Source of the DNA: Schaalia meyeri
GTDB lineage: Bacteria; Actinomycetota; Actinomycetes; Actinomycetales; Actinomycetaceae
DNA: 32,000 nt
Direction of reading: 5' to 3'
Assembly: GCF_900105015.1 (NCBI RefSeq)
Contig: NZ_FNLK01000012.1
Span: forward strand, 120,001 to 152,000
This document shows, piece by piece, positions 1-18,797 of the stretch. Numbering within the stretch: the stretch's first letter is position 1; the number at the start of each line of letters is the position of its first letter. The position numbers were made by a program, and so were the translations under genes. The notes under the pieces were generated by a model. That model saw nothing but the letters and a program-made list of their open reading frames with translations, searched no databases and was not told the origin of the DNA.

Positions 1-82
1 AGCCGCCGAGAACACGGATGGTCAGGATCTCCTTGGCCCCTGTGTTGTCGGCGACCTTCAGTCGCGACTCCTGCTGGATCAT
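1..82 (-). CDS. rplN: 50S ribosomal protein L14, first 27 codons only (rest lies left of the window)
   Basis: The reverse complement of 1-82 starts with ATG (80-82) and reads MIQQESRLKVADNTGAKEILTIRVLGG, the conserved L14 N-terminus. It sits directly downstream of rpsQ, as in the S10/spc gene order. It is absent from the ORF track because it is truncated. Confidence 0.85.
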   Translation of the reverse strand, partial: MIQQESRLKVADNTGAKEILTIRVLGG

Positions 83-170
83 TTTCTATTGACTCCTGTC
101 GTCGTGCCGGTTCTCTTCCGGATTGTACCGGTCGAGCCTTGCCGAACGGATTTCGGTCTGTGAGCGAAGG

Positions 171-437
171 TCACTTCGCCTTTTCGAGGATCTCCACAAC
201 GCGCCAGCGCTTGGTGGCTGACAGCGGGCGGGTCTCCATGATGAGGACGAGATCGCCGACACCGCACTCGTTGTGCTCGTCGTGAACCTTGACCTTCTTG
301 TTCTTGCGCATGACCTTGCCGTAGAGGGCGTGCTTAACGCGGTCCTCGATTCTCACGACAACGGTCTTGTCCATCTTGTCGCTGACGACATAGCCGCGAC
401 GGACCTTACGCTCACTGCGAGCGGTAGTTTCTGCCAT
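171..437 (-). CDS. rpsQ: 30S ribosomal protein S17
   Basis: The ORF 171..446 translation contains [29 protein letters not shown], typical of S17. The ATG at 435-437 lies 8 nt after GAGGAG. An alternative GTG at 444-446 overlaps the rpmC stop. Confidence 0.95.
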   Translation of the reverse strand: MAETTARSERKVRRGYVVSDKMDKTVVVRIEDRVKHALYGKVMRKNKKVKVHDEHNECGVGDLVLIMETRPLSATKRWRVVEILEKAK

Positions 438-442
438 CAGGC

Positions 443-676
443 TCACTCCTCAGTGTTCGGGGCGGTGCGGTAGCCAAGCTCCCGCTCACGCGCGATGGTG
501 TAGATCCGGGCAATGTCGCGGCGCACGGTCTTCATACGACCGTGATCCTCGAGGTTGCCGACGGCCTGCGCAAAACGCAGGTTGAACAGCTCGGCCTTAG
601 CCTTCTCCAGCTCCTTGGACAGCTGAGAGTTGTCCATGGCGTCGAGCTGCTCGGTGGTCAGACCCTTCTCTGCCAT
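443..676 (-). CDS. rpmC: 50S ribosomal protein L29
   Basis: 77 aa containing [30 protein letters not shown], which is L29-like. It lies between rplP and rpsQ, and its ATG overlaps the rplP stop by 1 nt (TGATG). Confidence 0.95.
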   Translation of the reverse strand: MAEKGLTTEQLDAMDNSQLSKELEKAKAELFNLRFAQAVGNLEDHGRMKTVRRDIARIYTIARERELGYRTAPNTEE

Positions 677-1095
677 CAGATGTCACCACCCTCTCGGACC
701 ACGAAGCGGGTCTTGATAGGAAGCTTGTGCTGGGCACGGCTGAGGGCCTCGCGAGCGAGCTCCTCGGGGACGCCTGCCAGCTCGAACATGACGCGACCGG
801 GCTTGACGGGGGCAACCCACCACTCCGGAGCACCCTTACCGGAACCCATTCGGGTTTCGGCGGGCTTCTTCGTCAGCGGACGATCCGGGAAGATGTTGAT
901 CCAGACCTTACCGCCACGCTTGATGTGACGGGTCACGGCGATACGGGCCGCCTCAATCTGACGGTTGGTGATGTAGGCACTCTCCAGGGCCTGGATGCCG
1001 TAGTCGCCGAACGCCAGTTCGGTGCCACCGGAGGCAAAGCCAGTGCGGTGAGGACGGTGCTGCTTGCGGTACTTAGTCCGACGGGGAATGAGCAT
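676..1095 (-). CDS. rplP: 50S ribosomal protein L16
   Basis: 139 aa starting [19 protein letters not shown], the canonical L16 N-terminus. Operon position fits. Confidence 0.97.
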   Translation of the reverse strand: MLIPRRTKYRKQHRPHRTGFASGGTELAFGDYGIQALESAYITNRQIEAARIAVTRHIKRGGKVWINIFPDRPLTKKPAETRMGSGKGAPEWWVAPVKPGRVMFELAGVPEELAREALSRAQHKLPIKTRFVVREGGDI

Positions 1096-1100
1096 CGGGC

Positions 1101-1910
1101 TCAGGCCTCCGATCCGGTCGTGGGCGCAGCGGCCTCGGAGGCGTTAGCCTCACGGGGAGCCTGCTGCGAAGCGGTCTCCTGGCTGGGGCGTCCGCCGCGG
1201 CGGGGGCCGCGGCGACCATCGCGACGTCCGCCGCGCTGGGCGTGCTCGGCCTGCTGGCGAGCGAACTCGCGCTCGGTCATGTCGCCCTTGTAGATCCACA
1301 CCTTGACGCCGATGCGACCAAAGGTCGTGCGGGCCTCGTGGAATCCGTAATCGATGTTCGCGCGGAGGGTGTGCAACGGCACGCGACCCTCACGGTAGAA
1401 CTCGGAGCGGGACATTTCCGCGCCGCCCAGACGGCCGGACACCTGGACACGAATGCCCTTGGCGCCGGCGCGCTGCGCGGACTGGATGCCCTTACGCATC
1501 GCGCGACGGAAGGACACGCGTGCAGCGAGCTGCTCCGCGATGCCCTGAGCGACGAGCTGCGCTTCGAGATCGGGGTTCTTGACCTCAAGGATGTTGAGCT
1601 GAACCTGCTTGCCCGTCAGCTTTTCGAGCTGCACGCGCAGGCGGTCGGCCTCAGCACCACGCCGACCGATGACGATGCCCGGGCGAGCGGTGTGCAGGTC
1701 GACGCGAACGCGGTCACGCGTGCGTTCGATCGCGACCTCAGCGATGCCGGCGCGCTCGAGGTTATCGGTCAGGAACTTACGAATCGCGACGTCTTCCGCC
1801 ACGTAATCAGCGTAGCGCTGTCCCTTGGTGGTGGAGTCGGAGAACCAACGAGAACGGTGGTCCGTGGTGATTCCCAGACGGAACCCGCGGGGGTTGACCT
1901 TCTGGCCCAT
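1101..1910 (-). CDS. rpsC: 30S ribosomal protein S3 with an R/G-rich C-terminal tail
   Basis: The conserved S3 start [18 protein letters not shown] corresponds to the ATG at 1908-1910. The track ORF extends to 2006, but that extension overlaps rplV and is not S3-like. Confidence 0.95.
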   Translation of the reverse strand: MGQKVNPRGFRLGITTDHRSRWFSDSTTKGQRYADYVAEDVAIRKFLTDNLERAGIAEVAIERTRDRVRVDLHTARPGIVIGRRGAEADRLRVQLEKLTGKQVQLNILEVKNPDLEAQLVAQGIAEQLAARVSFRRAMRKGIQSAQRAGAKGIRVQVSGRLGGAEMSRSEFYREGRVPLHTLRANIDYGFHEARTTFGRIGVKVWIYKGDMTEREFARQQAEHAQRGGRRDGRRGPRRGGRPSQETASQQAPREANASEAAAPTTGSEA

Positions 1911-1911
1911 G

Positions 1912-2283
1912 TCAGCGGTCTCCCTTCTTCTTGTCTTCCTTGGTCCCCACCACGATGGTGATGTGGGAGGTGCGCTTGAGGATACGACCAGCGCGCCCCT
2001 GAGCACGGGGACGAATACGCTTCATGGTCGGCCCTTCGTCCACGTAAGCCTCCAGGATGAGCAGGTCGGCCTCGTTGAAGGTCTCTCCGGCGTTTTCAGC
2101 CTTAACCTTCGAGTTGGCGACGGCGCTCAGGAGCACCTTGCGGACATCGGTGGCGACGGCCTGCGGGGCGAACCGCAGAATGTCGGCGGCCTCCAGAACG
2201 CCCTTGCCGCGAACCTCGTTCACGATGCGGCGGGACTTCCGGGGCGTGACGCGGATGAAACGCGCCTGCGCCTTGGCTTCCAT
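1912..2283 (-). CDS. rplV: 50S ribosomal protein L22
   Basis: 123 aa starting [27 protein letters not shown], which is L22-like. It lies between rpsS and rpsC. Confidence 0.96.
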   Translation of the reverse strand: MEAKAQARFIRVTPRKSRRIVNEVRGKGVLEAADILRFAPQAVATDVRKVLLSAVANSKVKAENAGETFNEADLLILEAYVDEGPTMKRIRPRAQGRAGRILKRTSHITIVVGTKEDKKKGDR

Positions 2284-2312
2284 GTATCTGCCTCTTCTTC
2301 CGTGGGGCCGGC

Positions 2313-2594
2313 TCAGCGCCGACGTCCCTTACGATCGTCCTTGTCGTGGCTGCGGAAGGTACGCGTGGGAGCGAACTCTCCGAGCTTGTGGCCCACCATC
2401 GACTCGGTGATGAAAACGGGCACATGCTTACGGCCGTCGTGGACGGCGATGGTCAGGCCCAGGAAGTCCGGGGTGATGACCGAGCGGCGCGACCAGGTCT
2501 TAATGACGTTTTTCGAGCCGGATTCGTTCGCGGCGTCAACCTTCTTGAGCAGGTGGTCGTCGACGAACGGGCCCTTCTTCAAACTACGCGGCAT
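2313..2594 (-). CDS. rpsS: 30S ribosomal protein S19
   Basis: 93 aa starting [19 protein letters not shown] and containing [28 protein letters not shown], the S19 signature. Confidence 0.97.
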   Translation of the reverse strand: MPRSLKKGPFVDDHLLKKVDAANESGSKNVIKTWSRRSVITPDFLGLTIAVHDGRKHVPVFITESMVGHKLGEFAPTRTFRSHDKDDRKGRRR

Positions 2595-2610
2595 TTCAAT
2601 CGACTCCTAC

Positions 2611-3447
2611 TCAGCGGTTCTTGCCGGTCTTGCGACGGCGGACGATCAAGCGATCGGACGCCTTCTTCGGGCGACGCGTACGGCCCTCGGGCTTGCCCCA
2701 AGGCGACACGGGGTGGCGACCACCGGACGTGCGGCCTTCACCGCCGCCGTGCGGGTGATCAACCGGGTTCATGACGACGCCACGCACGTGCGGACGCTTG
2801 CCCTTCCAGCGCATGCGGCCGGCCTTGCCCCAGTTGATGTTCGACTGCTCGGCGTTGCCGACCTCGCCGATCGTGGCGCGGCAGCTTGCCTCGACGTTGC
2901 GGATCTCGCCAGAGGGCATACGCAGCTGGGCGAAGCGGCCTTCCTTAGCGACGAGCTGAACGGAGGTGCCGGCGCTGCGCGCGATCTTCGCGCCGCCGCC
3001 CGGGTAGAGCTCGACGGCGTGCACGACGGTGCCCAGGGGGATGTTGCGCAGCTGCAGGCTGTTGCCGGGCTTGATGTCGGCCGAGGGGCCGGCCTCGATC
3101 TGATCACCCTGCTTCAGGCCGGTCGGAGCGAGGATGTAGCGCTTGGCGCCGTCCGCGTAGTGCAGGAGGGCGATGCGAGCCGTGCGGTTGGGGTCGTACT
3201 CGATATGCGCGACCTTCGCCGGAACGCCGTCCTTGTCTGACCGACGGAAGTCGATCACGCGGTACTGACGCTTGTGGCCGCCGCCGCGGTGGCGGGAGGT
3301 CACGCGACCGTTGTTGTTACGGCCACCGGTCTTGTGCAGCGGGCGCAGCAGCGACTTCTCGGGCGTGTCGCGGGTGATCTCAACGAAGTCAGAGACGGAC
3401 GAGAAGCGACGGCCCGGGGTCGTGGGCTTATACTTGCGAATTCCCAT
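2611..3447 (-). CDS. rplB: 50S ribosomal protein L2
   Basis: 278 aa starting [14 protein letters not shown] and containing [16 protein letters not shown], a conserved L2 motif. Confidence 0.98.
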   Translation of the reverse strand: MGIRKYKPTTPGRRFSSVSDFVEITRDTPEKSLLRPLHKTGGRNNNGRVTSRHRGGGHKRQYRVIDFRRSDKDGVPAKVAHIEYDPNRTARIALLHYADGAKRYILAPTGLKQGDQIEAGPSADIKPGNSLQLRNIPLGTVVHAVELYPGGGAKIARSAGTSVQLVAKEGRFAQLRMPSGEIRNVEASCRATIGEVGNAEQSNINWGKAGRMRWKGKRPHVRGVVMNPVDHPHGGGEGRTSGGRHPVSPWGKPEGRTRRPKKASDRLIVRRRKTGKNR

Positions 3448-3469
3448 TGTTCAAATGTCCCTTCGGTCC

Positions 3470-3775
3470 TCAGGCTTGATCGCCGAAGATGTCGATGGTG
3501 CCCTCACGAACGGTGACGATGGCACGCTTGACGTCCTTGCGCTTACCGATCCCGCCTCGGGTGCGGTAGGTCTTGCCCTTACGGTTCTGGGTCGCGATAG
3601 AACCGATCTTGACGCCGAAGATGCGCTCCAAGGCGATCTTGATCTCGGTCTTGTTCGCGCGGGGGTCAACCTCGAAGGTGTACTTGCCCAGGTCCATAAG
3701 GGCGAGCGACTTCTCGGTGGTGACCGGCTTGAAGATGATGTCGCGGGGGTTCTTGCCCGCTTCGATCGTGCTCAC
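3470..3775 (-). CDS. rplW: 50S ribosomal protein L23
   Basis: 101 aa containing [12 protein letters not shown] and [26 protein letters not shown], which are L23-like. The GTG start overlaps the rplD stop (GTGA). Confidence 0.95.
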   Translation of the reverse strand: MSTIEAGKNPRDIIFKPVTTEKSLALMDLGKYTFEVDPRANKTEIKIALERIFGVKIGSIATQNRKGKTYRTRGGIGKRKDVKRAIVTVREGTIDIFGDQA

Positions 3776-4416
3776 TTGGTCTCCTCCTTGGTGCCGAGGA
3801 AGGCCTCCAGGGCGGCCTGCGTGAAGACGATGTCATCGGCGTCCAGGACGTCGTACGTGTTCAGCTGGTCGGCCCACAGGACGTGAACCTCGGGAACGTT
3901 GCGCAGGGACAGCGCGGTCAGTTCGTTGCCGCGCTCGAGGACGACGAGGGCCTGGCGGTCCTCGACGATCGCGCGCAGGGCGGCGAGAGCGGCCTTGGTC
4001 GAGGGCTTGTCGCCTTCGAACAGTGCGGTGACAACGTGGATACGATCGGCGCGCGCACGATCGGACAGAGCGGAACGCAGAGCGCCCTGCTTCATCTTCT
4101 TGGGGGTGCGCTGGTCGTAGTCGCGCGGCTGAGGGCCGTGGACAATGCCGCCGCCGGTGAATTGAGGCGCGCGGATGGAGCCCTGGCGGGCGTTACCGGT
4201 GCCCTTCTGGCGGAACGGCTTCTTGCCACCGCCGGAAACCTGGCCGCGGGTCTTCGTCGCGTGCGTGCCCTGGCGGGCGGCCGCGAGCTGGGCGACAACG
4301 ACCTGGTGCATCAGCGGAATGTTGGTGGGAACATCAAAGATTGGACCCGGGAGGCAGGCGGAGCCCGCCTTCTTGCCCTTGATGTCGATGACGTCAACGT
4401 TACGATCGTCAGCCAT
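3772..4416 (-). CDS. rplD: 50S ribosomal protein L4
   Basis: Contains [38 protein letters not shown], the L4 core. I prefer the ATG at 4414-4416, with GAAGGG about 10 nt upstream. The track start, GTG at 4422, is the alternative. Confidence 0.95.
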   Translation of the reverse strand: MADDRNVDVIDIKGKKAGSACLPGPIFDVPTNIPLMHQVVVAQLAAARQGTHATKTRGQVSGGGKKPFRQKGTGNARQGSIRAPQFTGGGIVHGPQPRDYDQRTPKKMKQGALRSALSDRARADRIHVVTALFEGDKPSTKAALAALRAIVEDRQALVVLERGNELTALSLRNVPEVHVLWADQLNTYDVLDADDIVFTQAALEAFLGTKEETK

Positions 4417-4418
4417 GA

Positions 4419-5084
4419 TCACGCACCCTTCACGGAGGAGCGAACCAGCACCACGCCGTTCTTGGGACCCGGGATGGCGCCGCTGATGAGCAGCAGCCCC
4501 TTCTCGGCGTCGACGGCCTGGATCGTCAGGTTCTGGACAGTACGACGGTCGCCACCCATGCGGCCCGCCATGCGCAGGCCCTTGAAGATGCGGCCGGGCG
4601 TCGCGCAGGCGCCGATGGAGCCGGGCTTGCGGTGGTTGCGGTGCGCGCCGTGAGAGGCGGAGACGCCGGCGAAGCCGTGGCGCTTCATGACGCCGGCGAA
4701 GCCCTTACCCTTGGTGGTGCCGGAGACGTCGACGGACTGACCGGCCTCGAATGCGGTGGCGTCGAGCTCCTGGCCGAGCTCGTAAGAGTCGTGCTCGGAG
4801 GTGCGAACCTCTGCGAGGTGACGACGGGGGGCAACCCCGGCCTTCTCGAAATGGCCCTGCAGGGGCTTGGTAACCTTGCGGGCGTCGATCTCGCCGAAGC
4901 CAAGCTGGATAGCCGAGTAGCCGTCGACCTCCTCGGTGCGTACCTGGGTGACGACGTTGGTGCCGACCTGCACGACAGTCAGGGGCACGAGGTGGCCGTC
5001 GGCATCCCACACCTGGGTCATGCCGATCTTGCGGCCGAGCAGCGCCTTGATTGGCGCGGCAGCGTGCTGCTTCTTGTTAGTCAT
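4419..5084 (-). CDS. rplC: 50S ribosomal protein L3
   Basis: 221 aa containing [19 protein letters not shown] and [12 protein letters not shown], both L3 motifs. Confidence 0.97.
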   Translation of the reverse strand: MTNKKQHAAAPIKALLGRKIGMTQVWDADGHLVPLTVVQVGTNVVTQVRTEEVDGYSAIQLGFGEIDARKVTKPLQGHFEKAGVAPRRHLAEVRTSEHDSYELGQELDATAFEAGQSVDVSGTTKGKGFAGVMKRHGFAGVSASHGAHRNHRKPGSIGACATPGRIFKGLRMAGRMGGDRRTVQNLTIQAVDAEKGLLLISGAIPGPKNGVVLVRSSVKGA

Positions 5085-5095
5085 TGCAGATGTCC

Positions 5096-5404
5096 TCAGA
5101 GCTTGATCTCGATGTTGACGTCCGCGGGCAGGTCGAGGCGCATGAGCGAGTCGACGGCCTTGGGGGTCGGGTCGATGATGTCGATGAGCCGCTTGTGCGT
5201 ACGCATTTCAAAGTGCTCGCGGCTGTCCTTGTACTTGTGGGGCGACCGGATAACGACGAAAACGTTTTTCTCGGTCGGCAGCGGCACCGGGCCCACGACC
5301 GTGGCGCCCGCACGCTGTACGGTGTCCACGATCTTGCGCGCGGAGCTGTCGATAACCTCGTGGTCATACGACTTGAGCCGGATGCGGATCTTCTGTCCCG
5401 CCAT
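5096..5404 (-). CDS. rpsJ: 30S ribosomal protein S10
   Basis: 102 aa starting [15 protein letters not shown] and ending IEIKL. It is the first gene of the S10 operon. Confidence 0.98.
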   Translation of the reverse strand: MAGQKIRIRLKSYDHEVIDSSARKIVDTVQRAGATVVGPVPLPTEKNVFVVIRSPHKYKDSREHFEMRTHKRLIDIIDPTPKAVDSLMRLDLPADVNIEIKL

Positions 5405-5441
5405 GCCGTCTTACCTCTTCTCGTACAGATTCGCCGCCGGT

Positions 5442-5466
5442 CCCCGCACTCGGGCGTGTCGCGACC
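5442..5466 (-). repeat. Copy 1 of a 25-nt element in the rpsJ leader (plus-strand CCCCGCACTCGGGCGTGTCGCGACC)
   Basis: 24/25 identical to 5719-5743 in the same orientation. It lies 38-62 nt upstream of the rpsJ ATG on the transcribed strand. Confidence 0.7.
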
Positions 5467-5718
5467 GTCGTGCTCGTGACCGCTCGCGCTGGACCGGCGT
5501 CTTGTCCAAAGATCTTGGGCATATTGCCCGGTCCATGCGCGATGGCACGCACGGACCACCCCAGAGACGCTGGGGCAACCGTGCCATTCTGTCAGAGTTC
5601 CACCCGCGAGCACAAACCAGAAGGCGGGTCCTCGCATGTGAAACCACCGACAGAGTGGCGGCGACAATGGCCTGAGCGCCAAAGAGGCAGCCCGGACCGT
5701 CACCAAGAAACCACCGTA

Positions 5719-5743
5719 CCCCGCACTCGGGCGTGTCGCAACC
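5719..5743 (-). repeat. Copy 2 of the 25-nt element (plus-strand CCCCGCACTCGGGCGTGTCGCAACC)
   Basis: Same element 277 nt from copy 1. It is enclosed by an 8-bp complementary pair, AACCACCG (5709-5716) and CGGTGGTT (5743-5750). Confidence 0.7.
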
Positions 5744-5855
5744 GGTGGTTCGTCACATTCACCCGGCTCAAGGCACCGAGCCCCCATCCTCTGTTCCCAG
5801 TGGACGGCTTGGACGCAATCATCTGCGGGACAGTTTTGGGCCCTACCCACAGACA

Positions 5856-5887
5856 GGGGTCCCGCCTCCGAAAGGAGGCGGGACCCC
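5856..5887 (-). terminator. Hairpin terminator downstream of tuf
   Basis: Perfect 14-bp GC-rich stem, GGGGTCCCGCCTCC (5856-5869) and GGAGGCGGGACCCC (5874-5887), with a 4-nt loop. It sits 54 nt after the tuf stop. The trailing sequence on the minus strand is TGTCTGT, so the U-tract is weak, which is the I-shaped type common in high-G+C genomes. Confidence 0.65.
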
Positions 5888-5940
5888 ACATGCCGCTGGA
5901 TCAGCAGCGAATCAATCCCGAGAAAAACTCAGGGATGGAT

Positions 5941-7128
<1,188 letters not shown>

Positions 7129-7278
7129 TTTTCGTCCTCCTGGACTCGGGTAGAAATTCTCAGCCTACGGCTAGGTGTCACTTTAACACCCATGGGGCAT
7201 GAGACCTACTGGGATTACTGGTGTGTGAGGCGGCTCGCAGGGGCCGATTGCCCGGCCCCCACTCACCCCCGGTGGGAC

Positions 7279-9402
7279 TCAGTTGCCCCGAGACTTGCCG
7301 ACGATCTCATCCGCGACCGCGCGCGGAACCTCGGCGTAGCTGTCGAACTCCATGGAGTAGACAGCGCGACCCTGCGTCTTAGAACGCAGGTCACCGACGT
7401 ATCCGAACATCTCGGACAGCGGAACCTGGGCCTTGACGACGCGTACGCCGTGCTGCTCGTCCATCGAAGAGATCGAACCACGACGAGAGTTGAGGTCACC
7501 GATGACATCGCCCATGTACTCCTCGGGAGTACGGACCTCAACGGCCATGATCGGCTCGAGGAGGACGGGGCTGGCCTTCTTCGCGGCCTCCTTCAGCGCC
7601 ATCGAGCCAGCGACCTTGAACGCCATTTCGGAGGAGTCAACCTCGTGGTAGGCGCCGTCAAGCAGCGTGGCCTTGATGTCAACCATCGGGTATCCGGCGA
7701 GAACGCCGGAACCCATGGCATCCTTGATGCCCGCGTCGACCGAGGGAATGTACTCGCGCGGAACGCGGCCACCGGTGACCTTGTCCTCGAACGTGTACTC
7801 TTCCTCGGAGTCGGCCGGGAGGGGCTCCAGGGCGATAATGACACGCGCGAACTGGCCGGAACCACCGGTCTGCTTCTTGTGCGTGTACTCGTACTTCTCG
7901 ACCTTCTTGCGGATGGTCTCGCGGTAGGCGACCATCGGGTTACCCACGTTGGCCTCCACCTTGAACTCGCGGCGCATGCGGTCGACGATGATGTCGAGGT
8001 GCAGCTCGCCCATACCACCGATGATGGTCTGGCCGGTCTCCGCGTCGAGCTCGACGGTGAACGTCGGGTCTTCTTCCGCGAGCTTCTGGATGGCGACACC
8101 CATCTTCTCCTGGTCGGCCTTCGACTTGGGCTCGACGGCGACCTGGATAACCGGGGCCGGGAACGTCATCGACTCCAGGACGATCGGCTTGTTGATCGCC
8201 GAGAGCGTGTCGCCCGTGGTCGTGTCCTTCAGGCCGATAACCGCGTAGATGTGGCCGGCGTGGGCCATCTCGACGGGGTTTTCCTTGTTGGAGTGCATCT
8301 GGAAGATCTTGCCGATGCGCTCCTTCTTGCCCTTGGTCGAGTTCAGGACCTGGGAGCCAGACTCGACCTTGCCGGAGTAGACGCGGATGAAGGTGAGCTT
8401 GCCGTAGAACGGGTGAGCGGCGATCTTGAAGGCCAGAGCGGAGAACGGCTCGTTCTCATCGGGCTTGCGGGACTCGGTTTCTTCCTCGGTCTCGGAGCCG
8501 GGGAGGAAGCCGCGCACGCTGCCGATGTCCAGCGGCGAGGGCAGGAAGTCCACGACGGCGTCAAGGACGGGCTGCACGCCCATGTTGCGCAGGGCGGTGC
8601 CACAGTAGACGGGGAACGCGCGCGAGGAGATGGTCAGCAGGCGGATGCCTTCCTTGATCTGCTCGAGCGTCAGCTCGCCGTTCTCCAGGTACGCCTCGGT
8701 CAGCTCGTCCGAGCCCTCCGCGGCGGCCTCGATGAGTGCCTCGCGGTACTCCTCGGCCTTCTCCTGGTATTCCTCGGGGATCGGACCGCGCACGACGAGG
8801 GAGCCGAAGGTGTCGTTGCCCTTGTCGTCCTTCGCCGGGTAGGTCAGGGCCTCCATGGTCAGCAGGTCGATGTTGCCGACGAAGTCATTCTCAGCCCCCA
8901 TGGGAAGCTGCATGACGATGGGGGTCGCGTGGAGGCGATCCTTGATGGTGGAAACCGAGAAGTAGAAGTCGGCGCCCATCTTGTCCATCTTGTTGATGAA
9001 GCAGATACGGGGGACGTCGTACTTGTCTGCCTGACGCCACACGGTCTCGGACTGGGGCTCAACGCCCTCCTTGCCGTCGAACACGGCGACCGCACCGTCG
9101 AGGACGCGCAGCGAGCGCTCGACCTCAACCGTGAAGTCAACGTGACCGGGGGTGTCAATAACGTTGATCTGGTTACCGTTCCAGAAAGAGGTAACGGCGG
9201 CGGACGTAATCGTGATGCCGCGTTCCTTTTCCTGCTCCATCCAGTCGGTCGTCGAGGCGCCGTCGTGCGTCTCGCCGAGCTTGTAGTTGATACCCGTGTA
9301 GAACAGGATGCGTTCCGTCACGGTCGTCTTGCCGGCATCGATGTGAGCCATGATGCCAATGTTGCGGACCTTGTTGAGATCCGTCAGCACCTCTAGTGCC
9401 AC
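7279..9402 (-). CDS. fusA: Elongation factor G
   Basis: 707 aa containing [32 protein letters not shown] and NKMDK. GTG start preceded by GAAGGAA. Confidence 0.99.
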   Translation of the reverse strand: MALEVLTDLNKVRNIGIMAHIDAGKTTVTERILFYTGINYKLGETHDGASTTDWMEQEKERGITITSAAVTSFWNGNQINVIDTPGHVDFTVEVERSLRVLDGAVAVFDGKEGVEPQSETVWRQADKYDVPRICFINKMDKMGADFYFSVSTIKDRLHATPIVMQLPMGAENDFVGNIDLLTMEALTYPAKDDKGNDTFGSLVVRGPIPEEYQEKAEEYREALIEAAAEGSDELTEAYLENGELTLEQIKEGIRLLTISSRAFPVYCGTALRNMGVQPVLDAVVDFLPSPLDIGSVRGFLPGSETEEETESRKPDENEPFSALAFKIAAHPFYGKLTFIRVYSGKVESGSQVLNSTKGKKERIGKIFQMHSNKENPVEMAHAGHIYAVIGLKDTTTGDTLSAINKPIVLESMTFPAPVIQVAVEPKSKADQEKMGVAIQKLAEEDPTFTVELDAETGQTIIGGMGELHLDIIVDRMRREFKVEANVGNPMVAYRETIRKKVEKYEYTHKKQTGGSGQFARVIIALEPLPADSEEEYTFEDKVTGGRVPREYIPSVDAGIKDAMGSGVLAGYPMVDIKATLLDGAYHEVDSSEMAFKVAGSMALKEAAKKASPVLLEPIMAVEVRTPEEYMGDVIGDLNSRRGSISSMDEQHGVRVVKAQVPLSEMFGYVGDLRSKTQGRAVYSMEFDSYAEVPRAVADEIVGKSRGN

Positions 9403-9480
9403 GAGTGTGGTTCCTTCGTTCGAAGTGGTGGGTGAAGTTGCTGCGTGAGACGAGACCCGGCTGCCCAGGCCTCGTTACAA

Positions 9481-9951
9481 TCACCAGCGGTAGTGCGCGA
9501 AGGCGCGGTTGGACTCGGCCATCTTGTGCATGTCCTCGCGGCGCTTGACAGCGGCCCCGAGGCCGTTGGAAGCATCGAGGATCTCGTTGGCGAGACGCTC
9601 GGTCATCGTCTTTTCGCGGCGCTGACGCGAGAAATCGACCAGCCAACGCAGGGCCAGCGTCGTGGCGCGCGCGGGGCGCACCTCGACCGGAACCTGGTAG
9701 GTCGCGCCACCAACGCGGCGAGAACGGACCTCGAGGGCCGGACGAATGTTCTCGAGGGCGCGCTTGAGCACGGAGACGGGCTCCTGCTCGGTGCGCTCGC
9801 GAACGGTTTCGAGAGCACCGTAGACGATGCGCTCGGCGACGGTCTTTTTTCCGTCGAGGAGAACGCGGTTGACCAGCTGGGTCACGACCTTGGATCCGTA
9901 AACCGGGTCATCGACCAGGGGGCGACGGGGAGCGGGGCCTTTACGAGGCAT
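9481..9951 (-). CDS. rpsG: 30S ribosomal protein S7
   Basis: 156 aa starting [20 protein letters not shown] and ending [11 protein letters not shown]. Its ATG shares one base with the rpsL TAA stop (TAATG). Confidence 0.98.
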   Translation of the reverse strand: MPRKGPAPRRPLVDDPVYGSKVVTQLVNRVLLDGKKTVAERIVYGALETVRERTEQEPVSVLKRALENIRPALEVRSRRVGGATYQVPVEVRPARATTLALRWLVDFSRQRREKTMTERLANEILDASNGLGAAVKRREDMHKMAESNRAFAHYRW

Positions 9952-10325
9952 TACTTCTTCTCCTTCTTCGCGCCGTAACGGGAACGAGCCTGCTGGCGGC
10001 CGCGAACACCCTGCGTGTCCAGCGAGCCGCGGACGATGCGGTAACGCACGCCGGGCAGGTCCCTCACTCGGCCACCTCGCACGAGCACGATGGAGTGCTC
10101 CTGCAGGTTGTGGCCCTCACCGGGGATGTACGCGGTGACTTCGACGCCGGACGAAAGGCGCACGCGGGCGACCTTTCGCAGAGCCGAGTTCGGCTTCTTC
10201 GGCGTTGTCGTGTACACGCGGGTGCACACGCCGCGACGCTGGGGCGAGCCCTTGAGCGCACGCGTCTTCACCTTCGCGCGCTTCGAGACACGCCCCTTGC
10301 GGACGAGCTGCTGAATGGTAGGCAC
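9951..10325 (-). CDS. rpsL: 30S ribosomal protein S12
   Basis: 124 aa starting (GTG)[11 protein letters not shown] and containing [20 protein letters not shown], the S12 signature. Confidence 0.98.
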   Translation of the reverse strand: MPTIQQLVRKGRVSKRAKVKTRALKGSPQRRGVCTRVYTTTPKKPNSALRKVARVRLSSGVEVTAYIPGEGHNLQEHSIVLVRGGRVRDLPGVRYRIVRGSLDTQGVRGRQQARSRYGAKKEKK

Positions 10326-10553
10326 TGGGTCTCCAGATTCTTTCCGTCGGCGGCCTCCCCTCCTTCACAGGGGCGGCCCTGATTGTCAGTCTTCCGCGAC
10401 TGCGCAACCCCCGCGCGGGCACACTCGTCCGCTGGGGGCCGGCGCGCCATGATAACCACGAAGGTCAGAGAATGACGCCCGGAGCTCCGACGGACGGAGC
10501 CCGCTCCCGGTTACCCGGGCACAGAGGTCCCACAGAGGCGGGAACCATCGCCT

Positions 10554-10583
10554 AGGATAGCGGCCCCTCCCCCGCAGAGTCAA
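10554..10583 (-). promoter_or_regulatory. Candidate sigma-70-type promoter of the rpsL-rpsG-fusA(-tuf) unit
   Basis: The minus strand reads TTGACT (10583-10578), an 18-nt spacer, then TATCCT (10559-10554). This would give a 5' UTR of roughly 220 nt. The call rests on sequence match only. Confidence 0.4.
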
Positions 10584-10700
10584 AGGGGACCTCGTGTGGT
10601 TCCCCCCTCATCCTCACAGGATCGCCCCGGCGAACACGAAACCGGACCGCAGAAGATTCGCCCGCGCGAAACAGTACCGTTCACGGCGCGCACACGACCA

Positions 10701-10747
10701 AGAGGCCCCGGCCTCGTCGCGATAGTACGGACGAGGCCGGGGCCCCT
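10701..10747 (-). terminator. Hairpin terminator downstream of rpoC
   Basis: 15-bp perfect GC-rich stem, GGCCCCGGCCTCGTC (10704-10718) and GACGAGGCCGGGGCC (10730-10744), with an 11-nt loop. It begins 18 nt after the rpoC stop and is followed on the minus strand by TCTTGGT. Confidence 0.65.
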
Positions 10748-10764
10748 ATGCGGTCGCGCACCAG

Positions 10765-14667
<3,903 letters not shown>

Positions 14668-14682
14668 AGTTATCTCTCCCTA

Positions 14683-18159
<3,477 letters not shown>

Positions 18160-18291
18160 AGGGGGTCCTTCCCTGCTTTTACGGTGCGCACGCTGCCTTA
18201 TCCCCCATTATCTGACGCGTCCTGGTCCGCCAAGCGCCTGTTACGGCGGCTGGATACGGGTCACCTCGGGCATGATAAGGCGCAAATACCC

Positions 18292-18320
18292 AGGCTACCG
18301 TGAGTCGCGTCGCGAGTCAA
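18292..18320 (-). promoter_or_regulatory. Candidate sigma-70-type promoter of rpoBC
   Basis: The minus strand reads TTGACT (18320-18315), a 17-nt spacer, then TAGCCT (18297-18292, fitting TAnnnT). It lies about 135 nt upstream of the rpoB start. Sequence match only. Confidence 0.4.
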
Positions 18321-18443
18321 GGTGACTTGTGTTATGTGCAGGGTGTCACGGGGCGAGGCCGCGGCGGCTTCTCACCCTCTCTCTCCTGGCGTCAAGAGGG
18401 TGCTCGCACCTGACAAGCGGGCGTGCCCATCGCACCGCCCGGG

Positions 18444-18481
18444 CGTTGGTGCCCCAAGTCGGGCTTGAACCGACGACCGAC
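18444..18481 (-). repeat. Orphan copy of the 3' end of the tRNA(CAU) gene (att-type direct repeat)
   Basis: 18444-18481 is identical base for base to 19957-19994 (38 nt, offset 1513). That stretch is the last 35 nt of the tRNA including CCA, plus 3 nt of 3' flank. Identity stops on both sides (18443 G vs 19956 C; 18482 T vs 19995 G). Confidence 0.9.
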
Positions 18482-18797
18482 TCTCTCGAGCACCCCCGTC
18501 TCCCACAGTCGCTTGATCGCAGGCTCGCTGTACTTCTTCATCGAAACAAGCGCCATATTCGCAGTTCACACACTGTTCTCATAGCCAGTTCAATCGGCCA
18601 TCCGCACGAGTCCCAGCTGGAAGGTCTACTCGACTTCACCACAGTACTTGACAACACTATCGCTTCACTATTCCTCACCCCCTGCCTGTCCCAACAAATG
18701 CAGGACACAGGTGTACATGGGGCCTGTGATGATTGTCTTGGACAGCACCAACTGTCCCAAGACTTGCACCAGGCCAGAAGATATGGGGAACTCAAAT

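Noticed and set aside
1825-3240. A 471-aa plus-strand ORF over rpsC-rplB. There are similar long antisense ORFs at 11248..12900, 12907..14100, 14233..15534 and 15553..17235 over rpoC and rpoB, and at 27214..28218 over glp.
   Set aside because: All lie opposite strongly conserved genes and show no recognisable motifs. Their G/A/V/D/R-rich composition is typical of GC-rich antisense frames.
5077-5889. A 270-aa minus-strand ORF, and the smaller ORFs 5411..5647 and 5700..5891 in the tuf-rpsJ spacer.
   Set aside because: The long ORF overlaps rpsJ out of frame. All have W/R/C/P-rich non-protein-like translations, and the spacer is better explained as terminator plus promoter plus leader.
18392-18541. 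A 49-codon minus-strand ORF (MKKYSEPAIKRLWETGVLER...) that starts inside the island and reads across the left att repeat. I considered it a possible truncated island gene such as an excisionase or integrase start.
   Set aside because: It has no Shine-Dalgarno sequence upstream and no recognisable motif, and most of it is the translated tRNA fragment and rpoB-leader DNA.
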